Assembly: GCA_003971905.1 (NCBI GenBank)
Contig: RSEE01000058.1
Span: 62,001 to 126,000, forward strand
Length of the DNA: 64,000 bases
Direction of reading: 5' to 3'
Source of the DNA: Moniliella sp. 'wahieum'
Taxonomy: Eukaryota
Part shown: positions 37,383-47,608 of the stretch, piece by piece
How positions within the stretch are numbered: position 1 is the stretch's first letter
Layout of the letters: every line of letters starts with the position of its first letter
The notes under the pieces: generated by a model
Database searches by the model: none
Told to the model about the DNA's origin: nothing
Seen by the model: only the letters and a program-made list of their open reading frames with translations
Position numbers and translations under genes: made by a program

Positions 37383-38024
37383 TCAGACGAGGGAACATTG
37401 ACTTCTTTTGAGTAGACTGAGTTTGAGATAAATGCCAAAAGCATGCCACAACAGTGCGAAGAGGAAGAGCCACAACACTCCGTTGTACAGGTCGAGATGG
37501 ACCGCAGGGGAGGTGATCCGATCGGTGACGGTTCCTTGGATTATTAGAAAGATGACCGCTGGCATGCCGACCGTAAGGATGTTGTCGCTGAGCTCCCACT
37601 TGCAAAGATATAATGTTGTATGGTCTGTATTCTTGCAGAAAAGTAAATATGAACACCAGGCAAACCCAAGGTTGGCACCAAGATAATCATGGCACCAAGG
37701 TTGTGGAAGGGGAGCAAGTACCACAGCCTTGACGGATGTGCAACCTCTGGAGCCCGTAGAATGCCCCGCATCAGCAACCAGATGGGTTTTACCGGTGCAA
37801 TGCACATCAGCAACGAGAGCGGGGTAGAGAGCACTCAAGATCAAGTCCTTCCCCTCAGCCCCACAACTTCTCCGTTCGCCTTGGCATCTTTTCGCGAGGG
37901 CGACCGTGATGTTGAGGCATGGAGTCCTGATGGTCATCGAGGGTGGTGCAATGACACGAGTAGTGGTGGTCGAAGCCAAAAACCAGAAAACACCTACAGG
38001 AGAACATAAACAGCTAGTCGCCAC
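37383..38024 (-). CDS. Possible hypothetical membrane protein or relic
   Basis: Overlapping ORFs 37383-38024 and 37544-37834 contain hydrophobic helices (ILTVGMPAVIFLII, VLWLFLFALLWHAFGIYL). No family recognised. Confidence 0.3.
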   Translation of the reverse strand: MATSCLCSPVGVFWFLASTTTTRVIAPPSMTIRTPCLNITVALAKRCQGERRSCGAEGKDLILSALYPALVADVHCTGKTHLVADAGHSTGSRGCTSVKAVVLAPLPQPWCHDYLGANLGFAWCSYLLFCKNTDHTTLYLCKWELSDNILTVGMPAVIFLIIQGTVTDRITSPAVHLDLYNGVLWLFLFALLWHAFGIYLKLSLLKRSQCSLV

Positions 38025-38271
38025 TAAGGGCTATAGATTGCGGAACAGGGAAAACTGAAGCCAAAAGAACACCGGGGCTCCTATACGCCGAGGAGAGCTT
38101 GAGAGCCTACTATGGAGCTTGTGGACGGACCTTCTGGCCAAACACGTGACCATCCGGTGCCTCAACAGACACCGTTTTTACTGTGTTCACACGTCCTGCT
38201 GCGACGGTTGCTTCGTGTCGACATTGCTCTCCTGAAAAGCGACGTCTGGTGGACGTTGTGGGGGTCGAGGT

Positions 38272-38357
38272 GTGTTTGGAGTTAGAGAGAGAGATGTGGT
38301 ACAACCCAGCGTCGGTGTTTGGAGTTAGAGAGAGAGATGTGGTACAACCCAGCGTCG
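38272..38357. repeat. Perfect 43-bp tandem duplication
   Basis: (GTGTTTGGAGTTAGAGAGAGAGATGTGGTACAACCCAGCGTCG)x2, read directly. Confidence 0.92.
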
Positions 38358-38667
38358 GTGCTGCTCTTCTGCGACACATGGAGAGCCACAAGGGATGCTC
38401 GGGAGAGGAGGCCAAGTGGGCACGCTTGCGCTTGGCGCACTGCACCAGTGTCGCATCCATGCCCCGCACATTCGGGGTTAAGCGCACGTTAAGCATGGCG
38501 CTTACAGACGGCGCTGCCCCATGGCCGAGCAGGGCCGAATCATTTAATCGTTAATCACAGATGAAATCATCGAAATCATCTCACAGGCAAGGGTGAATAA
38601 AGCCCGCCTGGGCCCGGCAATTCTCGATCCGGCACGCAACATCCCCACCTTGATCTCACCCTCCACA

Positions 38668-39860
38668 ATGGCGCCTACTATCCCGGCTACTCGACGCTCC
38701 TGGTATTTCGTCAAGTACGCCAATGGACCGCTTGACCCGGCCAAGTCATTCGAGCTGAGGCGGAACCCATCCCTGAGCTGAAGGAAGACGAAGTGCTGGT
38801 TGAAGTGGACTACTTGGCCGCCGAGCCGTCGATGCGCGGTACGATGCGTTCCACCGAGTCCTACCGTCCTCCTGCTCCACTCAATCAAGTCTTCTGGGCT
38901 CTGGGCACGGGAAAGGTCGTAGCTTCCCGCTTCGCCCCTCTGCCTGTGGGTACCTTCGTCTATGGCAACCTGGGCTTGACGACCCATGCGATTGTGAATG
39001 GACCTCAGGTCACCTCTCCCCGTGCGGGTGCGTTCGCCCTGCGTCCTGTTCCTACTCGCCCCACCAAGAATGGCACCACCCTGGACGCGAGGGAATTCAT
39101 GACTGCCTTTGGTCCTCCAGGGATGGCTGCCTACGTCGGCCTGCTCCACCCTCTGGTCGGAGCCCTGGGACGGTTCCGCGATACCAACTGGAGGACGAAG
39201 TGGTGCTCGTTACAGGCGCTGTGGAGCGACAGGGAACTATGTGATCCAGATTGCTAAGGCAAAAGGTGTCAAGAAAGTAGTGGGGATTGCCTCCAAAGGC
39301 AAGCGCGATGCCGTGCTCGCTTCCGTGCTGATGCTTTTGTCGCTTACGACGAACCCGACTTCCACCCAACTCTTCCAGGCAACCGAACGGAAGGGGACAT
39401 TGTAAGTACCCCTCATTTTGCTTCGGAAGGGTCGTCGACCGGCTGAGTGCTAATATTTTGAGGAACAGGTTATTCGAAAACGTCGGAGGTAAAGTTTTCC
39501 AAACCGCGCTGCTGGCCTTGGAGGAAAATCGGGTCGGGTGGCTCTTTGCGCCTGGTGAGCCAAATGACAGCCTGAAACCCGACGTAACTGTAGCGGCAAG
39601 TCTATCGTGGGGTATTGTTCTGTCGCGCCGGTTGACTGTCAACGGGTTCATTTGCAGTAACCCCATCTACCAAGACATCAAGCCCGTTGAAGGTCTTGCG
39701 GAGCTTTGATGAACAACCAGATCCACTCGACCTACTACGAATACCAACCTCCGGTATTGAGAACGCTGTGGATGCTATTTTGGCCATGCTACATGGGAAG
39801 AATGTGGGCAAGACCACAATTGCGATCCGGCATCCGTCCGCTGTGAATTCCAAGATGTAA
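38668..39860 (+). CDS. NADP-dependent MDR-family reductase (prostaglandin/2-alkenal reductase-like)
   Basis: LVEVDYLAAEPSMRGTM, GKVVASR, FGPPGMAAYVGL, VLVTGA-GATGNYVIQIAKAKG-KKVVGIA, FENVGG, GIENAVDAILAMLHGKNVGKT. Probable intron about 39402-39468. Frameshifted. Confidence 0.88.
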
Positions 39861-39888
39861 TATAGTCCCCCGATTGGTGCAAAACACC

Positions 39889-41543
39889 TCAAATGCATTT
39901 CTCTCCCGTGTGAAACTGTGACTCGTGGACTGCTTGTACATACTGCGCCGTGAGTGCCTCTAACGCAGCAAGGGTTTGGTCGTCAGCGCCTTGAACATCG
40001 CTGGGTTCCCGATCCCAAGGAGTGGACATGTCCGTCTCTACGGAAGGACCGTTGTAACTAGCACGTTGTCGCCCTGGGTCCGAACATGCCCAGTGGTGCC
40101 CTAGCATCGCCCACTCGTTCTTGTTCTCCAAGGTAAGAGGCGTTGCGCTTGAGAATGAAGGAGGAAATGAGCTTGAGGACGATACGAGAAACTTGGCCCA
40201 AGCCGCCCGAAAGGTTGGTGGTGGACGTATGCGCCACATGAGCTTACTCCATGTGTTTTGCTCCATCTTATGGGCAATGAGTTGTTGTTCGTCATCTGTT
40301 GGATCGGGGTGCCCGCGTGCGCCTGTTGGCAATGGCCGTTCCCGTCCCCGTACCAATTCAAACACCAAGCGCCCTATCCGCATCGGCTCGTCCACCACCA
40401 CCAAACTTTGCAAAGTAGGGGACGAAAGAAGAATGTGCAGCGTTGCCCTTGCCAGGTACAATCCACCAACCCCTTCCGGTCCATCCGGAATCACCCCTGG
40501 TGCCCCGCTCCAAACAAGTCGGGGTTACCCGCGGAAAAGATGCGCGAGAGAACAATGTGGGTCAAGCTGCTGAGTTGGGCCAGCGCGCTGACAGAGGCGG
40601 GTGTACATGTGCAACTGGGTCATCCATCAGCGCCTGTGTCTTTCTCGCGGGAGAAGGGGACTCACCTCAATTCGCTTGAGCGCAAGCAAATGGCCATGTT
40701 GCAACCGCATAATCAAGGGTGGTGGCAGCCGCATCCCCAGTGGCCGTACCAGTCCCGAAGGAGAGACGCCTTGGTTCGTTTGCTTGGCTTGGTAAGCAGT
40801 CGCTCGCTCCACCAGATCGTCCTCCTGACGCGATGCGAAGCCGGCCAGCGTCTCGGTGAGCGGATCGGAAGGATCAAAGAGGTAGCGTGGCCCAGCTTGA
40901 AGGGATAACTGATACGAGACTGCTCTTTCGGCGGCCAAATCGGGTCCGATCAGACACACTTCTTCCGCCTGGCCTAAACGGTAGGCTGCTCTTGTGGCTG
41001 ACGAGCCAGCGGGGCCGAGCAGCGAAGGGGATAAGAGGAGGTGAGTGATTGATGGCCCCACGCGGAAAAGAATGGCATCCACGTCGAGTGCATGCTGCGA
41101 CCCCACTGCTCCAGGAACCATGTACTCCCCCCCGTGATCTAGGAGTACGGCCGATCGAGTCCAGCGCGCTCGTTCTGTGCCCCTTGGCCCTTGCAGAGCA
41201 GAGCGAAAGAGGGAAGCCGCCCGCGTCCAACGATACGAACATGTCGATACAACACTGGCTCATACAACTCTCGCCACACAGAACCAAGGAGGCAAAGAGT
41301 AATCAGCGTCGGGCCGCGGCCGCAAGCCCTGGCGGGGCGAAGTCGAGGCGGGGTGGCCGCTCCGGCCGCGCTCCGCTCCTTATTCCCACATGCATCCTCC
41401 CATGTCGTAACACGAATCAAGGCATCGAAGATCTCAAGCAGCAGCTCAAACGGAAGATACGCAAACGGGTTGTTCACCATCCTGTCGTGGTCCTGTGGGA
41501 CATAGCACGTGGGGAAGGGACGGTGGCTGTGGGGGAGAGACAT
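39889..41543 (-). CDS. F-box-like hypothetical protein, frameshifted
   Basis: PFAYLPFELLLEIFDAL...LCLLGSVWRELYEPVLYRHVRI is the usual fungal F-box-like pattern. Coding-like frames continue in 40627-41121 and 39889-40494. Confidence 0.65.
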
Positions 41544-41950
41544 TGGAGATGGCAGCCCGATACCACTGATATCATACCCCTCCCCAAGGATCGAAATGAT
41601 CATGAGCCCCTCACGTAAGCCGCGCTGTGGGCCACCACGAAATGTGTCATTGCAACGTGAGGCGCATGTGCATGGTGGCGGATGATCGATGATCGATGAT
41701 CGATGATCGATATTCTCTTTGATCCGATGGCCATTCGTATGATGATTTGTGAGGCCCACCAGCTCACCGGGCTCACCACAATATTGATGTGGTAGCGTAA
41801 AAGCGCAAAAGACATGGGGGCGCGCAGGATTTTCCAGCGTGGCCTAAAGACTGGGAGAGAACTAGCGATCCACAAAATAATAAGAGGGAGAAATCCTCCA
41901 CAGCCCACGCTCCGGGAGGTCTGGAGGTATATATATTTCGGTTCTTACTA

Positions 41951-42005
41951 GGTTTAGACGTAGCGTTCCCCCTGTCCCAGCCTTAAGCTCTACCAATGAA
42001 ATGGA
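41951..42005 (+). repeat. Dispersed repeat; inverted copy of 20576-20629
   Basis: See the partner copy. Collinear patches (CCTGTGTGGTG, TATCTTTTGCCA, CGATACA) extend the match about 100 bp further. Confidence 0.8.
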
Positions 42006-43361
42006 CGAACTATAGAGAATGCCTGTGTGGTGAATATATTCTGTGGTCCCCGTTCATCCCCTTCTTCGCTATCTTTTGCCAGAGAGGCGACGATACAGAT
42101 GACACAAACCAAGAAGTGTACCAGCTCATTACAACAGTGCCTTGTACTCCCCTGAGGCTGTGGCTGATTGAGAGGTCGGTCAAGAAAATTCGCTCCTATA
42201 CAGCAGTCGAAACAGAGGCGGATGATTATGGTGAGATCAATGATGAGAGAGGTTACTACTTAATAGGGAGGGAAGACACATGATCTTGACAATGGACAAA
42301 CGGTGGCGGTATCGTTCGCTCAGGCCAAAAGCAAATCTATTACAGAGGCCATTACCGCTGTTTAGCAAGTCTCTCGCCAGATTGCCCACGCCAGTCACAA
42401 TAAGAAGAACGGTGGTGCACACACTTAGAATGAGAGGGAACGACACAGATTGAAAAGAATCATTCATTATCCGCCTCTCATCCTGGGAGGGAACGGCACC
42501 CGTAGGCAAATGGCGCTTTCGACTGGGACAGGTTCTTTTGTCAGAGAGGCACCCCCTCCCAATCAGACCGGGGCGACAGCCCCCTCTCTAGTAGGCTCCA
42601 TATGGCACGATGCTATATACTGCACATTGCTTTACCGCCGGCGCTACTCTTGATAGGTGACGGGGAGTAACCGAGCCTGGTCGAGCGCATCCTCTCCCCT
42701 TTTGTCTCCCTTACCTGGTTAGACCGACGTCAAAACTAGGCCGGCTTGTCTCGGAACGTTGAACGCGTTGAGCACGTTAAGCAAACCTATGCGCTCTGTT
42801 GTGTCCAATTTAAACGGAACTTGTTCCCATCGATCTATGCAACTAGTAGTAGGATCAAGTTCTTTTCCTACGGCCGAGGTGGCGCCTGCATGAGCTTCTC
42901 TGAGTCCATGTTTTAATGATCCTATTCGTCAATTTGGTCTCTTTGGCTTTGGACGCGAGTGTGCTCTAACTTGAGCCTCCGGATCTGGACGTCAGTTTCC
43001 TGATCTGAGCGTTCCTTCTCGTTGTGATGCTCCCCTCATGCCTTTTTTGCGTTTCTGCCTGAGGGCGGAGATCCTTTCCTTTACTTGGGCGGTTCTGATT
43101 TTGACTGTTCCTGTTCCTGGCTGAGTGTAGAGACATTTCCTTACTTGGTTTGCGCTCCTTTCTGAGAGCCACTTATCTCGATTCCGCCCCTCTTTCGTCG
43201 TCGTGTTTTGTCTATTCGTTTGTACCTGCCTATATATGGCCCTTGATCCGCGCATGATCCTTTTCCCCTCTACTGAATGGTCATTCTCCGTCTTTTTTCT
43301 TCTCATTTCGTCTTGCTTTTCGTCATCTTCTTCGTCATCTTCGTCGTCGTTTTCATTCGTC

Positions 43362-43542
43362 TGTCACAGTCGGGGCTAAGGCGAGGGAGACCAGGATCGG
43401 ACTAGGCCAAGGGGTGTAGCAATCGTTCGTGGGGAAGAAGCAAGAACAGAGGACATGGTGCGAAGTGGAAGGAACAGGGACGAAGCGAGACGCTCGAGAC
43501 GAAGAAATTAGAAATGGGAGCGAGATCAGCCAAACTATGACA
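43362..43542 (-). mobile_element. Solo LTR (181 bp) of a sister gypsy family, with 5-bp TSD
   Basis: TGTCA...TGACA termini. TSD TCGTC at 43357-43361 and 43543-43547. It shares ACAGTCGGGGCTAA, CGAGGGAGACCA, ATCGTTCGTGGG and GGAGCGAG with the full-length element's LTR. Confidence 0.93.
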
Positions 43543-46500
43543 TCGTCCTCCTTTCTTTTCCTCTTTCGTCCTTGTACAACATCCCTTACCAATCCATCCT
43601 TTTGATCCATCACACAGGCAACTCCTGTGTTACTTTTAATTTAGTTCACCATCACAGCAGTCCCACCGACTTTTGCTTCCAGCGACCATCTCTTGGTCTT
43701 CCAACATCCCTTCGACTGGGTATTCATTGCCGTCGATCCTCTTCCAGTCTCATCTGTACGGATCACATGGCGATCCTGCAAGAGAGTTAAATTGTTCTGT
43801 ACCAGGACAGGTCAAACCCTGTCTTTGCCTGCGTCAACCTTCCAGTCCGCACTTTAGGACCACACCACTACAGGCGTGCTATAGTCTTGCTCGTTCGGGC
43901 GCACACGCAACCTTGCCACCACGGGAGCGAACACTCAATGGAGAGGCCTCACCTCGCCTCTAGCTCCGTTCGGATCTGCCAGTATAGTGGTCGGGCTTGA
44001 TCAACCGTAAGAACCTCTGTCCTCCTCCAAGGGAAAGCACCCCTAAACTATAGGCCGGGCCCCAGTCCGGGATCCACCCATGACGGCGGCTCTCACCCAC
44101 TGAAGCAGAGCTGGAGATATATCAGTCAAGGATTGATGTTACGTTTGGCCCAGGCCACAGTACATGCCTCAGTCCTGTTTTCGATGCGAGAGGAATAGAT
44201 GAAATCGATGAAAGAGGAGACAGGAGCATTCGGTTACATTTGGCACTTTGGCGTTTATTAATAGAGGCGAAGAAGGCCGCGCATATAACCGTCAAGTATA
44301 CTATGACGAATGCATAGATCTCTCCATCGAGAGCTCTCTATGGCATCGTGGAGAGATGATAGCTTCTTCTGACAGACCCTCTGCGGTCCTGTAGGACACT
44401 CTGGGAAACGGGGGCCACATATCCTATAGATCAGGCCTATCAATATCAGACCTATCACATCCGGGCCGTCCATGGTTTGCTCACTTCACGTTCGACATCA
44501 ACAGTCCGGCCGGGCTGCCAACCCAGTGCCTCGCTCGTCCGGCAGGTTTGAAGCTTCAATATTCAAGCTTCAAGCTTCAAGAGCTTAGGCCTTCAAGCGC
44601 TAAGCTGTTTTAAGGTGGTACACAGGATTTCATATGGCCGAAGAGCATAAAGCACGATGTGTGGTGTGTAATGCATGATGCGTGATGGGGCACCCTTCTG
44701 TACCCTTCTGCACCCTAGTCTTCAATCTTCAAGCCGCCGGTCCGTGGCAATACTCGCAATTCGCAGCCCAAGGCAAGTAAAACTTCAATTACAAGCTCTG
44801 AGGGAGTCGGCAAGATGCGCTCATCGCTCAGGCGCTCAGGTCCTCAGGCGCTCAGCAAGCCGCGCGCCACGGTGGATGTGCGCCAGTACCCAGACTGAGT
44901 GTACTGAGGTACCACTGAGTGTGTACTGAGTACGACTCAGTGCTGCGGGCTGGACACTCTGTGACATGCCACCTACTCTTCACCGGTCACGCGTCGCCGT
45001 TGCCCCATACATCAAGATGGAGCAGAGGTGGATCGATGAACGTTGGAGACAAGCCAGTATAATATTTCGGTGGATATACGTTTACACTTTTTGATCCGTT
45101 CCGAATGTCGCAATGGGAGAATGTATGTAAGGTCGGAGGAACCCAAAAGGAATTGGGTGGAGAGCCTGTGAAAATAGAGCAAACCAAAGGCAATGGTGGC
45201 CCCATCAAGCCTTACGGGCTCAGGCGCTCAGAGCCTCTCATGCACATGCTACACACTTGGCAGAAACAGGGGTTCAAACCGCCAGCCAGATGTATACACA
45301 TGGAGGCTTCGAAGGCCAAGCTTGAAGCTTGAAGAAAGAGGGGACAAAAACGATTATGGTATGCGATAACTCGACCAGGCCTCAGGGCTCAGGAGCGTAG
45401 GCGCCTTGGCCTACGCACGGCCAACAAGACGGATCTTGGCCTGGGTTAGAACGAAGAAAGGAATGGCAGAGTACCTAAGAGGATCGGGACACGAATGCAT
45501 GTTGTGTGGCATGTGACAGACACCCTCACAGGTATTCAATTTTCAATGTTTAGTTAGCTCTTAGCGTTTATAAATTGTTCCAGGCCACTCGCTCTCGCTT
45601 GCTGGTAGTACATACTACGACCTGCCTGTCTCATGTCGGAGCCGATAATCTTGATGATCTGGATAATCGGAAACCAGATGGTCGGAGTGCGCGATTGGTG
45701 ATTTGTGATCGATGATCGATGATCGATGATCGGGGACGATGATGCATGTGACGAGAGTGATAAAGCTTAAAGCGACTAGAGGCTGGTGGGGAGGGGCTCC
45801 TGCTATGTTGGTAGTGAGTAATTGTACGTATTGGTGGGGAAGCTACAAATAATCTGACACATGTGATTCACAGGGCCTTAACTTCACGCATCATGCGCAT
45901 CATGCATCATAATGATCGATGCACTATGTCCATGTGCAACGTTCAAACGTTCATATTCTGAGCTTACCCGTTAGCGTTCCACGTTCCACGTTACGCCCGG
46001 GAGTGTCATGCATCACCCATTGCATCCCGCGCTGCTGGGCAGGCCCGTCGTCGCGTTGCGCATTCCAACGATGTCGGTGCCAGTATGGCCTCTATGTCCG
46101 CTGCGAACCGAGCACGAAGAAACCCGTTTTTGCCACGTGTGGGTGGGGGTGATGCAGGTGATGCTCAGGGCTCATTGTGGTAGCTGCAGTTAAGCTAGGC
46201 TGGTGCCAGCGACCCCGCTCCTCCGGCCTCTTCAGCACCTTTTTTGGTGGAGCGCGATGCACATTGTGCACGCTGGACACGATTCGGTGCCAGCGGTGGT
46301 GAGGCTGGTGAGGTTGGTGACTGGTGACCGGTGAGGCTCGAGGTGGGCGGGGCGGGCTTGGACCTTGGGGCGCCACACGCACATAGTGCAGAGTGCCTCT
46401 ATACGGTCTACGCGGGGCACACATTTGGGTACTGAACACGTTAAAACGTACTCAGTCTGAGTACTGAGTTCAGTACGTTCAGTAGTGAACGTTGAACGTT

Positions 46501-47206
46501 GAACTCACTGAGTACCGAATGCCAATAGCCCATGGGCTTTTCTGTTGGTCATCGAACAGTGTCATTCATGTCTTCATTGAATATTGAGTAGTGCACTATA
46601 CAGCCACTAAAGCCTAGTCACTGTGGCATGCGAATGTGACATGTGACAGATCACTGATTTTCATCATACGTCACGGGTCACGCGTCATAGCCACCAAGCA
46701 TCCCGGAAGAACCCTCACTTGATTGAAAATGGGTAATCGAAAATGGATCTAATCAGCACTCAGTAACTGAGTACTCACAGTAATTCAGTGGTGGCGGCGT
46801 GGGGGCTTGGGAGCTGAGGCGCAGCTGTAAAACTGGGCGGAGGCCCGCGGAGGCACTTGTCAGGCCTCAGGCCAGGTTTGAGGCCACTCCCTGAGGCCCA
46901 AATAAGACTGAGCTTCACAGGTAAGGCGCTGAGCCGCTCAGGCTGAGGGCGCTGAGGGCTCCCGTCAACGCTCAGCGACCGCCTAAGCCTCAGATCCTGG
47001 AGGCTATCTTGCAACGGGTGGCGCAACAGGGCCCACGTGCATCCTCTGTTAAGCTTTAGCAGGGCCTTGGACCGAACCGAGATACGCCAATGTTGTCCGA
47101 CTCAGTGCGCAGTCTCGACTAGCCTAGTAGCTAGTAGAGGGAGCAGCGACTAATAGTGAGCTAGTGACCTGACCTTGCGCTGCCCAGCAGGCCCTGTATT
47201 CAGCAA

Positions 47207-47420
47207 TGTTGGGACCCGTGGTCCCGTACTTAGGCCAAGGTGCCTCATCACCCTTCACCCCTGATTTGTCCTCCCAAGCCTCCACGTGTATACTCAGGCT
47301 TGTTTGAACCCCTGTCTCTAGGTGGCACAAGGCTTAGACCTCAACCACCACCATCGCGATTGCATTGCTCTACATCTCCAGAGGTTCTTCACCCAATCCC
47401 TTGGGTTCCTCCGTCTTACA
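47207..47420 (+). repeat. 5' LTR of the copia element (214 bp)
   Basis: Direct repeat of 52545-52757, with about 6 small indels and 1 substitution by eye. Confidence 0.97.
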
Positions 47421-47608
47421 GAGTTACAATCCTCTTGACGCTCATCAGCCCTGAGCCTTCCATTCACCCCTCTTCCACCCAACACCTACCTCCCCCTGGC
47501 AGGCTCTCAGGCTCAGGAGTCTTGGTTCAACTCCTCAACCCATACTTCGCCAACTGCCGCCGCAGAAGAGAGCAACACACTCCGTCGGAGTTGACCACGT
47601 CTCCCCCG

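Noticed and set aside
38272..38357. 43-bp repeat as a CRISPR-like array
   Set aside because: There are two adjacent copies with no spacer and no cas genes, in a eukaryotic context. It is a simple tandem duplication.
43660..43760. Chromodomain-like IDGNEYPVEGML on the minus strand
   Set aside because: Only a few residues match, and the downstream aromatic-cage residues are absent.
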